From NCBI GenBank assembly GCA_964518475.1, contig CAZFGR010000013.1, positions 1 through 54,401 on the forward strand: a stretch of 54,401 bases of DNA, in the 5' to 3' direction. The DNA comes from an uncultured Nitrososphaerota archaeon. Its GTDB lineage: Archaea; Asgardarchaeota; Njordarchaeia; Njordarchaeales; Njordarchaeaceae. Below the pieces are notes generated by a model that was given only the letters and a program-made list of their open reading frames with translations, had not been told where the DNA came from and ran no database searches. The position numbers and the translations under genes are program-made. Shown one piece after another: positions 1-10,774 of this stretch (position 1 is its first letter; each line of letters starts with the position of its first letter).

Positions 1-2
1 GC

Positions 3-1286
3 GAAGTACTTCGCTTTCATAGCAGCGGTTAGGGCTGGTTTAGCCACTGCTGCTCCGACTACATATGGTTTCTCGCAGTCTTCGAAACCGCTTAAAGCGA
101 TTGCCTTAAAGATCTGTGTCTCGTTGATTATTCCACCAGCAATCAGTATATCAGGCACATACTTGCCCTTCTTGTCAAGGATCCTAGCAGCCTTTATTAC
201 GAATGATAACATCCATAGCGTCGGCACTCCCATCTCCAGCATCATTGGCCATGGGCTCATTCCAGTACCGCCGCCCTGACCATCGTAAGTTACGTAATCG
301 ACCTTGGCCTCACTAGCTGCTTTGAGGGACCAAGCTATTGCAGCGGGTCTGTATTGACCCATCTTTAGGGATACTATCTTAGCACCCTGCTCTCTTAGCT
401 TGTCAACATCTTCACAGAAGTCCTCGATCGTTGGCATTCCTAGTCTTGAGTGCCTCTCGAAGGACTCGACTGCTCCCATCTTGAAAGCTTCCTGAACAGC
501 TGGATCCTCAGGATCTGGAAGGACGATGTATCCTCTTCTCTTTAGCTCAATAGCTCTCTGGAGATCTCTTACTCTTATCTCGCCACCTATTGACTTGGCT
601 CCCTGTCCCCACTTCCTCTCGATACCATTTACCTCTAGTTTAGTTAATACATATACGTCAACGCCAAGTCTTTGGTCCTCTACGTTTGTCTGAACAATTA
701 TGTCTCCATATTCACCATCCCACCAGTCTCTGAAGCTCTTTATTCTGAATTCCATGTCGGGGCTCTTCTGAACTCTACCGTTGCTGATAACGGATTCAGG
801 GTCAACACCGCATACGTTCTCTCCAACAGTTACGATTGTTCCAGAAATAGCAGCACCAGCAGCTAGGTGCTCCCAGTTGTTCTTAGCTACGAAGGTAGAT
901 CCCATAGCAGCAATTACCACTGGGACTCTTAGCTTTATCTTGTGCTTGTTACCTAGGGTGATCTCGACTTTTGCATTCTCAAAAATTGCTTTGTCTGGGT
1001 CTGGCTCAATTCCTTGGACTTTTTCGGCTCTTACCTCGCTCATGATTTGGATGTCGGCCCAGTCGAGACCATAGTATTTATTGCTGGCAATGACTGATTT
1101 TCCAAACAGGTCTGGGCGTGGGTATAGGGTCTCTCTTCCACGCAGAGCTGATTTTGATATCTCACATAGAATAGGACATTCCTCTACACAAACCGGACAG
1201 ATACCAGTAGGCATTGGGTCAGTAGCGAATCTGATTCGAGTTCCAGTTGCAGAGGCATGACCTAGAGAAGATCTAGCACCAGACAT
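3..1286 (-). CDS. FMN-binding glutamate synthase family protein (archaeal stand-alone GltB FMN domain), runs off the left edge
   Basis: Not in the ORF track because no stop lies in the window. Manual translation from ATG at 1286 gives MSGARSSLGHASATGTRIRFATDPMPTGICPVCVEECPILCEISKSALRGRE..., followed by AAMGS, VTVGEN, KWGQGAKSIGGE, LKMGQYRP and YDGQGGGTGMSP, typical of this family. GGTG SD upstream. Confidence 0.85.
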   Translation of the reverse strand, partial: MSGARSSLGHASATGTRIRFATDPMPTGICPVCVEECPILCEISKSALRGRETLYPRPDLFGKSVIASNKYYGLDWADIQIMSEVRAEKVQGIEPDPDKAIFENAKVEITLGNKHKIKLRVPVVIAAMGSTFVAKNNWEHLAAGAAISGTIVTVGENVCGVDPESVISNGRVQKSPDMEFRIKSFRDWWDGEYGDIIVQTNVEDQRLGVDVYVLTKLEVNGIERKWGQGAKSIGGEIRVRDLQRAIELKRRGYIVLPDPEDPAVQEAFKMGAVESFERHSRLGMPTIEDFCEDVDKLREQGAKIVSLKMGQYRPAAIAWSLKAASEAKVDYVTYDGQGGGTGMSPWPMMLEMGVPTLWMLSFVIKAARILDKKGKYVPDILIAGGIINETQIFKAIALSGFEDCEKPYVVGAAVAKPALTAAMKAKYF

Positions 1287-1553
1287 TCAAAACACCAGTT
1301 TTTGCAGTATATATATTCGAGAACTTGTATAGATGAGTATGTTATCGAGTATTTTCTCTATGATATTTTAAAGGCTTGTGTAATTATGGAGTATAGACCT
1401 AAGAATTCACAAGAATAAAAGATTATCGTAATATCTATTTCGCTCATATAACTCTTTAGAAAAAAAATACGAATAGGCATAATAGTAATGCTTAAAATAT
1501 TATTTTTCATTAGTCTATTATAGGACAAAGAGAATTAAAAAATAGGTGATTCC

Positions 1554-4460
1554 GTGAGCCTCTCTCTAGCATTAAGAATGATGCGGAGAAGAAGAGCATT
1601 ATGGCTCGGTACTTCTATAGGGGTCTTGCTAGCGTTAGCATTGCTGACTGGGGCTTTAATGACAACTGATTATTTGGGCTACGCCACTATATACAAAAGC
1701 ATAGAGGACGTTAAGGTTGATATGTTAGCTTATGGACACGAGGGGGATATTGAGAATTCATCAATTCACTATAAAGATGTCCAGAAAGAACTATTAAAGA
1801 TCGAGCACGTAAAAATCGCTGAGCCAGTCATAATATATAATCTTTACTTTACAAATGTCACATCAGAGGATGGTAGAAGCTCAGGCGATATAATAGGATC
1901 CCAACATATACGAGTTTTAGGTATTCCCCCAGAGACTAATATCTCTGGACTCCATATTCTTCGAGGAAACTTTACCTTTAAGGAAGGAGAAATAGCTATT
2001 GGAGCAGGATTAGCTGATTACCTAGAAGTCGATGTGGGTGATAATATTACAATAGTTTCTATTATTGAAAATGTCTCTGGATCCGTTATTGTTAGGATTA
2101 ATCTAAGAGTAGTTGCAATAGTAGAGTTTGAAGAGCCATGGATTTCTATAATGTCTGCTGGAGGATACATATTATTTTCCGTACCCGTAGGAGGAGCTCT
2201 ACCCACGAGACCCATTGAGAAGAGTCTAGATCCTAATTATGGCCTCGTTGGTGATATAGATTACATCATATATAATTTCTCAAAAATAGTAACGCAGTAC
2301 GAGATCCCTAGGTATATAGAGGATAGGTACGCTATTTTCGTTGATAGAGAAAAAATAATTAATCCATGGGCCTTGGATAGGACGCTACAGACACTTAACT
2401 CTATCGAGTATAAGGTTGAGTTTGTGCTGAGTAATTATTATTCTGAGTCCAGAGTAGATAATAACTTGGCATACGCGATTCAGTGGCATGTACTGATGGC
2501 TACTACAATAAAAGGTTCTCTTGCTTTTCAATTGTTGCCTCTAGTAGTCTTAGGAATTATACTTGGCTTGATAGCGAATTGGATTGCTGTGAATCAGAGG
2601 AGAAGGGAGATAGGGCTGTTGATGGTGAAGGGGGCTAAAGGTTCGCAAATCTTTTCGCTAATTTCCATAGAGTCTATCATTGCTGGTTCCTTTGGAGGGT
2701 TTGTCGGATCTTTATTAGGATACATAGCGGCTATATGGAGTGCAGACATTATCTTGCCAAAGCTTGCTGAGAAATATCCTCCAGCAGATTTTCTAATCCG
2801 GATAATGGATACGTACGTTATAGCGGGCATAATCGTTGGGGCAATAATTGGGATAATTGCTGCTTATTACCCAGCTAGGAAAGCTTCAAAGTTACGAGTT
2901 CTAGAGGCTATCTCAGAGTATTTAGAGGAGATAGAGGTTGGTAGGAAACTATCTAGATGGACAATACTATTCTTTGTTCTCGGCCTATACTCAATAATGG
3001 AACTAATACTTGGATTTCCAGTGTTAAGATTCATTATGAACATTATATTGGCATCACGGCTCTTTGTTTTGATTTTCCTAGTGGTTCCCATAATGATCCT
3101 AGATATAGTACTAATGTATATTGGTCCATTCATGTTCGCATTTAGTGGGAGTAGAGTTATATCCCATTTCTCTACCAAATTAGTGAGACTCTACGAGATA
3201 CTCGTGAAACCATTAAGTGGAGCTATGAGTTATGTCGCTGTCAAAAATTTTACAAGAAAGCCTGCTAGAATAGCGAGAGTCCTCTTCTTGATCTCTCTAG
3301 CATTAGCTATGGGAGTATTTCATGCTATTAGTAGCGCAACAAATGAGCATCGTATAGTTATTGATACGCAAATTAGAGTAGGAGCGGATATTAGCATAGA
3401 GTTCTTAGATTTGGTAGATTATAATACTTCTGAGGAAATACTTAGGAACTTATCACAAGTAGAGGGTGTCATAGATAGTGCTAGGATTTGTTATATGGGT
3501 TCTCAGGAATATGCACAGACATGGTTAAATTTGTACCTTATAGACGCAGATTACTTCAGAGTCTCTTCCTTTAAGAACAGTTACTTCGAAGACATGGATA
3601 TTGAGGATGCCCTAAACGACTTCGCGGCGGAAAATAATATCATATTATCAATAAGCGCTAAGAAATACTACAACATTAAAAGAGGGGATGAATTTATTGT
3701 AAGGCTTCAAGACAGACAAGGAATACTAATAAATTACACGGTATTGGGATTCATTAAATTTGCTCCAGGTATTGCTTTCTCTATATTCGATCTACAGTAT
3801 AATTCTCCACTCTATGGATTTATAGCTCTAGAGAACTTAGTTAGGGCTCTAAACGATACGAGTAGAATTACCATAACAGAAATACTTGTCGATGTTGACG
3901 ATAGTTATAACGTTTCATTGGTTGCGGAAAAAATCTTGCAAGTTCTAGAAAAAATGGGCCTGTCATCTCGAACAACTGTATATGAAAAAGCGCTTGAGGA
4001 GGCTAAAGAGTTCGGTTTTCAATCAATAGTAGCGTTTTTCACAAGGGTAGAATTTGGATTCGTGATGGCTATAGCATTTGCTGGGATGGCTCTAATAATG
4101 GTAATGGCGATTTTGGAGAGAAAGCGTGAAATAGCGTTACTCATAGCTAAGGGAGCTTCGTATAGGAATATTCTTGGAGAGGTGACGGGGGAAGCTTTCC
4201 TAATAGTGTTAATCGGATTTGGTCTAGGGATATTTATCGCTATAGCTTATAGTTATGGCTTGCTGGTCGGTTCGCTTAACTTTGCCGTTGTTTTTACACA
4301 ACAAGTATTCGAGTTACCACCGGGATATGGAATGACTATTCCAGGATTTCTGCCGTATGTTCTTGGCTTATCTATCGTGTTATTTATCATATCCGCCCTA
4401 ATACCCGCTCTGATAATTATGAGGAAACCAATTGTTAATGAGTTAAGAGTTCGTCACTAA
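1554..4460 (+). CDS. Large FtsX/MacB-like ABC permease (duplicated FtsX module)
   Basis: Two RRREIG/RKREIA...GA motifs, many TM helices, two extracytoplasmic domains. AGGTGA SD before GTG. Confidence 0.85.
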   Translation: MSLSLALRMMRRRRALWLGTSIGVLLALALLTGALMTTDYLGYATIYKSIEDVKVDMLAYGHEGDIENSSIHYKDVQKELLKIEHVKIAEPVIIYNLYFTNVTSEDGRSSGDIIGSQHIRVLGIPPETNISGLHILRGNFTFKEGEIAIGAGLADYLEVDVGDNITIVSIIENVSGSVIVRINLRVVAIVEFEEPWISIMSAGGYILFSVPVGGALPTRPIEKSLDPNYGLVGDIDYIIYNFSKIVTQYEIPRYIEDRYAIFVDREKIINPWALDRTLQTLNSIEYKVEFVLSNYYSESRVDNNLAYAIQWHVLMATTIKGSLAFQLLPLVVLGIILGLIANWIAVNQRRREIGLLMVKGAKGSQIFSLISIESIIAGSFGGFVGSLLGYIAAIWSADIILPKLAEKYPPADFLIRIMDTYVIAGIIVGAIIGIIAAYYPARKASKLRVLEAISEYLEEIEVGRKLSRWTILFFVLGLYSIMELILGFPVLRFIMNIILASRLFVLIFLVVPIMILDIVLMYIGPFMFAFSGSRVISHFSTKLVRLYEILVKPLSGAMSYVAVKNFTRKPARIARVLFLISLALAMGVFHAISSATNEHRIVIDTQIRVGADISIEFLDLVDYNTSEEILRNLSQVEGVIDSARICYMGSQEYAQTWLNLYLIDADYFRVSSFKNSYFEDMDIEDALNDFAAENNIILSISAKKYYNIKRGDEFIVRLQDRQGILINYTVLGFIKFAPGIAFSIFDLQYNSPLYGFIALENLVRALNDTSRITITEILVDVDDSYNVSLVAEKILQVLEKMGLSSRTTVYEKALEEAKEFGFQSIVAFFTRVEFGFVMAIAFAGMALIMVMAILERKREIALLIAKGASYRNILGEVTGEAFLIVLIGFGLGIFIAIAYSYGLLVGSLNFAVVFTQQVFELPPGYGMTIPGFLPYVLGLSIVLFIISALIPALIIMRKPIVNELRVRH

Positions 4461-4474
4461 GGAGGTGAAAAATA

Positions 4475-5371
4475 GTGAGTGAAGTTTTGTGTGAGAAAAT
4501 AGTTAAGATTTATAGGACGGGAGACGTCGAGGTTGTTGCACTAAGAGACCTTAACTTGAGAGTAGATAAGGGCGAGCTTAGAGTAATTGTAGGCCCATCA
4601 GGGAGCGGGAAAACAACTTTACTGAATTTGATAGGGGGTATAGATCAGCCCAGTGCTGGAAAAGTAATCGTTGATGGAATCGTAGTAAGTAGGTTAACTG
4701 GAAAGCAACTAGTGGAGTATAGAAGGAGAAAAGTTGGCTTTGTCTTTCAGTTTTTCAATTTAATTCCTACTCTTACAGCATTAGAGAATGTTGAGTTACC
4801 AATGGTACTGACGGGGGTACCTAGGGAGCAGAGAAGAAGGAGAGCAATCGAACTTCTTAAACTAGTTGGGTTGGAAGAGAGAATGCATCATCGTCCTGAT
4901 CAACTCTCTGGAGGCGAGCAACAGAGAGTAGCTATTGCATCAGCACTAGCTAATGACCCGCCTCTAATACTTGCGGACGAGCCTACGGGAGAGCTTGATA
5001 CTGTTACTGGTAAGCAAATTGCTGAACTCTTTAGAAGACTTAGGGATGAGTTAGGAAAGACCATCATTATAGTTACGCATGATATATCCATAGCAATGAT
5101 AGCGGATAGAATATCTAGGATAAGAGATGGTAGAATAGTATCCACAATAACCCCTGCAGAATTAGAAGTCGCGGAAACCGTCCCTAAAGAAGGATACGAA
5201 ATTGTCAAGATCTTAGAGGAGCGAAGAGATCAACTAAGACGAGAAATAGCAAAATTAGAGGAGGAGTTCAGACAGAAGAAAATCACCGCTGACGAATTCG
5301 TAAATAGGTATACAAAACTAAAAGCAAAACTAGAAGAAGTAGAGGAAGAAATATCTAAGTACTCTATTTAA
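4475..5371 (+). CDS. LolD/MacB-type ABC ATPase with C-terminal helical extension
   Basis: [26 protein letters not shown] and VTHD motifs. GGAGGTG SD. Confidence 0.92.
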   Translation: MSEVLCEKIVKIYRTGDVEVVALRDLNLRVDKGELRVIVGPSGSGKTTLLNLIGGIDQPSAGKVIVDGIVVSRLTGKQLVEYRRRKVGFVFQFFNLIPTLTALENVELPMVLTGVPREQRRRRAIELLKLVGLEERMHHRPDQLSGGEQQRVAIASALANDPPLILADEPTGELDTVTGKQIAELFRRLRDELGKTIIIVTHDISIAMIADRISRIRDGRIVSTITPAELEVAETVPKEGYEIVKILEERRDQLRREIAKLEEEFRQKKITADEFVNRYTKLKAKLEEVEEEISKYSI

Positions 5372-5820
5372 ACTTTCCCACTTTTTCTCTTCATAAGCTT
5401 ATAGCCATAGAGAATCATGTTACGAGCTGTCGACTATCCCGAGAACAACCTCATCGTAATAAGTCCGGAATAGCTTGCTCAGAAAAGCCTTGTCTTCACC
5501 CATAGACCAGTCATAGTCCTAAACATCTTTAATGGCTTAAGCCGATAAGTACTTCTTTCCATTTCAAACGCGATCTGAGTAACAGTGGTCATAATAGTAG
5601 TATAGTTGCGATCCAGTACTCGTTCACTTTGAGATAGACTAAGATACTCTCGTTTTTCGCTCTCGAATTCGCTATGGCATTTTCGTTTCGAGAAGATCTT
5701 TAGTTTCTTGTATCTTGTCTTGTGAGTAATTAGTCTTAGTCGATGCTTTAATCATCTCTAGTTGCATCTATTTAAAACTATTTAACCAAAAACTAATAGA
5801 TAAGTGGAAAAATTAGCAGC

Positions 5821-6020
5821 TTATTCTTCCTCTTCGTGCATCCTAACAACAATACTTGTTAAACTAAGATACTTCTCAGTTCCTTCGCGAATTCTCTCTA
5901 ACCGCTCTATGAGCAACTCCTTATAATGCTTCTTAATCGGCATATTGATAATCTCCCTAATATCCTAGTATGGGTCCTAAAACTTATCCTCTGCAAGATA
6001 ATCAATCTTGGTATGAGGAT
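5821..6020 (-). pseudogene. Degraded gene remnant (3' end of an unknown gene)
   Basis: Minus frame reads KIDYLAEDKF*DPY*DIREIINMPIKKHYKELLIERLERIREGTEKYLSLTSIVVRMHEEEE*. Composition is protein-like with two in-frame TAG; the intact part 5821..5943 is 40 aa. Confidence 0.35.
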
Positions 6021-6097
6021 TTGTATTAAGTATGTGTGAAAGTTTCTATATCAAAAAAGCTATTTAGGGACTCTTAATTAATGGGAAAATGTAGAGA

Positions 6098-8731
6098 TTA
6101 TGTGGGAGATATTCTTAGTAGAATTACTGCTTTTTTCTCCTCTCCTGGTAATAGGTGCCAACTCCATCTCGATTCTATAACTGGTGTGAAGTTTGTTAAC
6201 TGTATAGCATTCACCGTTTTATTCTCACCATCAACTATTAACGAGACTTCTACTTTCTTATCTCGAATAAGACCCCAGACTCTCGTATCATGATTTATTG
6301 CTAGGATTTTTCCTCCTCTTATCTCTAAGTTCTCGCAACCCACTGCCGAGAAATTTTCATTAAAGAATACGCAGTGATGTATTGTAAGTTTTCTATCAAG
6401 TACTCCGTTGTTTCTTATCACGATCTCCTCCATTAACGCATTTTTGTCGAGCCCTAGATACTTTCTCTTTATTTCGAGGTCTTTAACACGTATCTCAAAT
6501 GCTCCATTCCCTATATAACTCCATTTCTTGAGATGAAGATCTAGACTCTCTCCATCTTCCACTATATTGAGGACTATTCCTCCGTGAGTTACTGGAATTC
6601 TAAGAGGAGTTCTCAGCTTTTCCTCACCCCATAGGAGAAGCTCATCATTATTCATTTTAAGATCCTTTACTGAACCGCCTAAGTCGCTGAGCGATAATGT
6701 AAGATGTCCGTATATAGCCGTTTTATCCTCCCATTCTAATTCCTCAGGAATAACATATTGGAGCCTTCGCTTCTCTATTAACCCATTATTAATGTCCGTC
6801 AAGACATCAATACATCCTAGCCCCTTCCTATCAATAGGCATCGTCAATTCTTCGAGTGGTCCTAATTCCCGGCTTAACTCTTTGTTATCGAGGATAATCC
6901 TTAACTGAAGAGAATTGAACCAGTTATTCCTAATTATTAAGTGATCGCCTTCTATAGTAGTTTCCACTTCTCTTATAACTTTTCTACCATAAAGCTTCTC
7001 AGAAACTTCCGTGATTTCCAAATGAATTCTCCTATGAAGAACCTCTCCTTTCGCCAGCTTGAGTGGAAAATCTATTCTAGGGTTTAATGGAGAGCGCTCC
7101 ATGGTATATAATCCATCTTCATCATATTCTATTAGCAACCTTCTATCCTTAAAATCAAATCCGATTACTGGGATATCCAGCTTCTTCTTTATAATAGCAA
7201 ACGCCTTTGGGAATTTAGAATAAGCAACCAATCCCTTAACAACCCTCTCAGAATCTCTTGGAACTAAGAAAAAGTTCCTACTAGACGGAAGATCAACCCA
7301 AAACCGAATACTAAACCAACCTTCTACATCTCTCAATGCCCTCACAGTTATATCCAAGATAACCTCTCGATCAAATAATTCTGGCTTAACCTCCAGTAAT
7401 AACTCCTCAAATTTTCCAAGAAATACTCGTCGCTCCTTATTAAATTCGAGAGAAAACTCTTCGCCATTTATCAATAAATCATACCAAATCTCTATTCCAG
7501 ATATTTTACGTGAAACGATCTCGTCTCCTCCTACTCTCCAGAAACTTGATTCTAGACCATCCTCTAGTAACCTTATGTAGTCCTTCTTAAGAATGTAGAA
7601 CGTTTCTTCTTTTGATCCTAGAACTACTTTTATGGCTCCCTCACCAATTACTCTGAGCTTAAAAATTCTCGAAGTCTTTGGTGGAATACTTACCCTTAAT
7701 TTATTAGGTAATACCTTCACTACTCCATCAATTGGAATTACTAATAGTTCATCTTCGATGGGATCGTCCTTATTATTAATAATTATAAGGAATATTCTAT
7801 CCCCATCTATTCTCGACATCCTTATTTCTAAAGGCTCCACCACTTTCAGTTTAAAACCGAACTCGTAATTATCTATTTTCAAGGATACCGTATCCTTTGC
7901 TTCTATGTTAAGTAGGTGCGTTCCTCTGGTTAAGAGATACTGCTTATTCTCCACTAGAGCTATTGATTCCTCAGATACTTCTATACCGATACTTACCTTT
8001 TCTCCCTTGAGATACTGCTTGTTCTCTGGCGGAGTTAACTTAATTAATTTTTTATCGATTTTTATCGCTAGAAGCTTTCTTGTTGCGTTGTCAAATATTG
8101 CTTCTATCTCCCTATCATCTATCCTCCACTTATACCTCCACGCGACGTGTCCCTTAACGCTTATTTTTTCGGGCGGAGAGAGAAGGCAATCTATTAGATT
8201 CTCGGGATCCTTGAAGATTTCTTTAATTTCCTCATACTTCATTAATTGCGGCGAAAAATTTACCATATAAACGTGGCTAGATGGTATCCAACAGAATCCA
8301 GTTCTCGCATACAGTCTCATTGCCCGATTATTCGCCCATGTATGTAAGCTAATTACGTTGAACTCTTTCTCAACAGCCCTCCGCAGGGACTCTTTTATCA
8401 ATGCTGTTCCAGCCCCCCTACCTCTGTATTTAGGGTGCGCTATTAACCAGCCTATATAATAATTATCCTTCTCGTCCCAGTGTCGCCTATTAGTAGCAAG
8501 TGCAATAACTTTCCCGTCATACTCAGCCACCAATGTTGGATAGTCCTTCGGTCCTCTAATCCGTTCCCAAACAATTTCCTCGTCAAGCTTTTCGACATTA
8601 TAATAGAGACCCCATGGAAAATCTAGTCGAGACTTCCTCATAATTTCGATAATATCTCTGACATCCTCACGCCTAATCTCCCGAACCCTTATACTAGTTC
8701 TCTGCAACTTACTACTCATAAAAACACCCAT
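6098..8731 (-). CDS. GNAT N-acetyltransferase fused to a large beta-rich C-terminal region
   Basis: N-terminal GNAT with acetyl-CoA motif HPKYRGRGAG and N..AMRLYARTGF, followed by about 700 aa of beta-rich sequence. Confidence 0.8.
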   Translation of the reverse strand: MGVFMSSKLQRTSIRVREIRREDVRDIIEIMRKSRLDFPWGLYYNVEKLDEEIVWERIRGPKDYPTLVAEYDGKVIALATNRRHWDEKDNYYIGWLIAHPKYRGRGAGTALIKESLRRAVEKEFNVISLHTWANNRAMRLYARTGFCWIPSSHVYMVNFSPQLMKYEEIKEIFKDPENLIDCLLSPPEKISVKGHVAWRYKWRIDDREIEAIFDNATRKLLAIKIDKKLIKLTPPENKQYLKGEKVSIGIEVSEESIALVENKQYLLTRGTHLLNIEAKDTVSLKIDNYEFGFKLKVVEPLEIRMSRIDGDRIFLIIINNKDDPIEDELLVIPIDGVVKVLPNKLRVSIPPKTSRIFKLRVIGEGAIKVVLGSKEETFYILKKDYIRLLEDGLESSFWRVGGDEIVSRKISGIEIWYDLLINGEEFSLEFNKERRVFLGKFEELLLEVKPELFDREVILDITVRALRDVEGWFSIRFWVDLPSSRNFFLVPRDSERVVKGLVAYSKFPKAFAIIKKKLDIPVIGFDFKDRRLLIEYDEDGLYTMERSPLNPRIDFPLKLAKGEVLHRRIHLEITEVSEKLYGRKVIREVETTIEGDHLIIRNNWFNSLQLRIILDNKELSRELGPLEELTMPIDRKGLGCIDVLTDINNGLIEKRRLQYVIPEELEWEDKTAIYGHLTLSLSDLGGSVKDLKMNNDELLLWGEEKLRTPLRIPVTHGGIVLNIVEDGESLDLHLKKWSYIGNGAFEIRVKDLEIKRKYLGLDKNALMEEIVIRNNGVLDRKLTIHHCVFFNENFSAVGCENLEIRGGKILAINHDTRVWGLIRDKKVEVSLIVDGENKTVNAIQLTNFTPVIESRWSWHLLPGEEKKAVILLRISPT

Positions 8732-9030
8732 TAGAGAACAGATACCTTATATCTCTAGTGAAGATTCCGTGTAGAATTAAGAAGTTTAGCTATGTAGACT
8801 CATCCAATACATGATAAAGAACCAAGACATATAGCTATTTTAAACATCAAAAATACACATTTACTATGGTTAAATATAACCCCCTATACTTCATAAGAAA
8901 AAGCCATTATGAGTTTATATCATTGCTCTGGTACATTGAAATTATTTAAATAACTCCATTGTAATGTAATATAATGATATACCTCGGGGGAATCATAATT
9001 AACTCAACCATAGATAATGGTGAGTTAATT

Positions 9031-10752
9031 ATGATTCCTCTTAAAAAAGAAATTATACTCCCTTTACTTTATATAACTCTCATAATCATTCCAATTGCAA
9101 TTATTCCAGTATATGAAATGATTTCAGTTACCAAGTCTAATAATCTTTCTTTTGATAAAATAGTGACTCTTAGTGATTTCAGTTATATTGAAGGCGGCGA
9201 TGGTTTTGATGAAACGGTTTTTGATTGGATTAATTTGAGAGAGTTCTATGATAAACTTCCATTTGGTCTAAGAACAGCAAATTATTTCTCTGAGAAGAAA
9301 GAAAAAATGGGTGCGTATGGATTAGACATTACTGAGACTATTTTGTGTATAATTGATGATGGGTTACATAATCAGGTATGGAGATATATTGAAGAGTATA
9401 TTGGTAAAGAAGCAGCAGCAACAATAGATTATTGGTTTGTAGAAATAACTAGGAATTCTGCATCTAATAATTATAGTTTAAGCTATTGTCATTATTGGTA
9501 TAATATGTATGGTAAGGGGGTTCCACCGTATAATGAGGCTCGGCATAACGGAGCCCATGTGCACGAATCAAGTATAGTCTATCTCATTAAAAGTTTAGTG
9601 CCAAGAATTCCACTATTAGTAATAGGATTAGACCAAATTATATGGGATTCAACTATACCTGTTGAAGAAAAAGATGATATACTCTCCAAAGTTCTAATAG
9701 AAATAATTGATGGTGACCAAACATTAAGTTATAGGGAAGATATACATAAAAAACCACATGTTATCTCTATTTCCTTTGAACTATCAAACCCTAGTGCCTA
9801 TGATGATACTATTAAAGCTCTTGAAGAAGTTGTAGAAAAGGGCATTAAAGTTTTTGCCGCAGCTGGAAATTATGGTGAAAATAAAATAGTTTTTCCAGCT
9901 AATCTACCATACGTTTATGCAATAAATTCGGTTTATGATTTTGATCATCCATCAAATTATCTAGCGGGTCAGAAAACAGATTTCTCGAATTATGGAAAAG
10001 GATTATTTGGAACAGCACCCGGCTACAATATAGAAACAGTCGTCTATAAAGAGGATCCCAGTTCCCTTGAGAGCGGAGTCATTAAGGTCTTAGTCTCTGG
10101 AACAAGTTATTCCGCTCCGCTTGCAGCTTTGACATATGCAATCTTAAGGGAAGCATATTTAAAAATGTCAAAATGCCTTTCGATAGAGGGAATCGATTTT
10201 CTAGATATAGCTGATGAAATACTGAGAGCTTCCATGGAGAATTATCCAAATAACGATTTAGTGCCCGTGCCAACAATTAATTCCGATCCTTCGGAATCTT
10301 ATGACATTTATAATGGATATGGGTGCGTAGACATATATGATGCTGTGAACTTTCTTGGTTATCTGTCAAAATATCCGTTAGATTCTATTAGTGGCACCTA
10401 TCCAGGATTTACATCAGTTAAAATTAATTTGAGAATCAAGGTTATCTTATCAATAATTAGCGAGATAACTAGCGCTATAAGGAAAACTGGATATAAACTT
10501 TTCTACAGAGTTTATAGAACGGCTAATGGTGTTACCAAAGTTGTAGAACAAGGATATCTGTCCTTAACGGATTCTGGCTCATATTGGGATATATGGAAAT
10601 TAAGTATTGAAATATATGGTCTACCTGGTGAGCATTATTCAATAGTTATAAACTGGTATGTCGAGAATGATGCTTTATGGAACATATGTTTCTCAGATCC
10701 AATAGTTTTTCATCTAAATTTTGAGGGAAATGGCGGAATTACACCATTTTAG
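9031..10752 (+). CDS. Divergent S8 subtilase-family serine protease, N-terminal membrane anchor/signal
   Basis: IIDDG (Asp), HVHESSIV (His), AAAGN (oxyanion) and SGTSYSAP (Ser). Start moved from the track's 8974 to ATG 9031, which follows a GGTGA SD. Confidence 0.75.
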   Translation: MIPLKKEIILPLLYITLIIIPIAIIPVYEMISVTKSNNLSFDKIVTLSDFSYIEGGDGFDETVFDWINLREFYDKLPFGLRTANYFSEKKEKMGAYGLDITETILCIIDDGLHNQVWRYIEEYIGKEAAATIDYWFVEITRNSASNNYSLSYCHYWYNMYGKGVPPYNEARHNGAHVHESSIVYLIKSLVPRIPLLVIGLDQIIWDSTIPVEEKDDILSKVLIEIIDGDQTLSYREDIHKKPHVISISFELSNPSAYDDTIKALEEVVEKGIKVFAAAGNYGENKIVFPANLPYVYAINSVYDFDHPSNYLAGQKTDFSNYGKGLFGTAPGYNIETVVYKEDPSSLESGVIKVLVSGTSYSAPLAALTYAILREAYLKMSKCLSIEGIDFLDIADEILRASMENYPNNDLVPVPTINSDPSESYDIYNGYGCVDIYDAVNFLGYLSKYPLDSISGTYPGFTSVKINLRIKVILSIISEITSAIRKTGYKLFYRVYRTANGVTKVVEQGYLSLTDSGSYWDIWKLSIEIYGLPGEHYSIVINWYVENDALWNICFSDPIVFHLNFEGNGGITPF

Positions 10753-10774
10753 ATTTCTAATGAGGAGGATTCTT

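Noticed and set aside
672-1074. Plus-strand ORFs of 64 and 97 aa
   Set aside because: Antisense shadows of the glutamate synthase-family gene (3..1286, minus).
5960-5990. In-frame TAGs as pyrrolysine readthrough
   Set aside because: No pyl genes or plausible full-length ORF, and TAG is used as a normal stop throughout the window.
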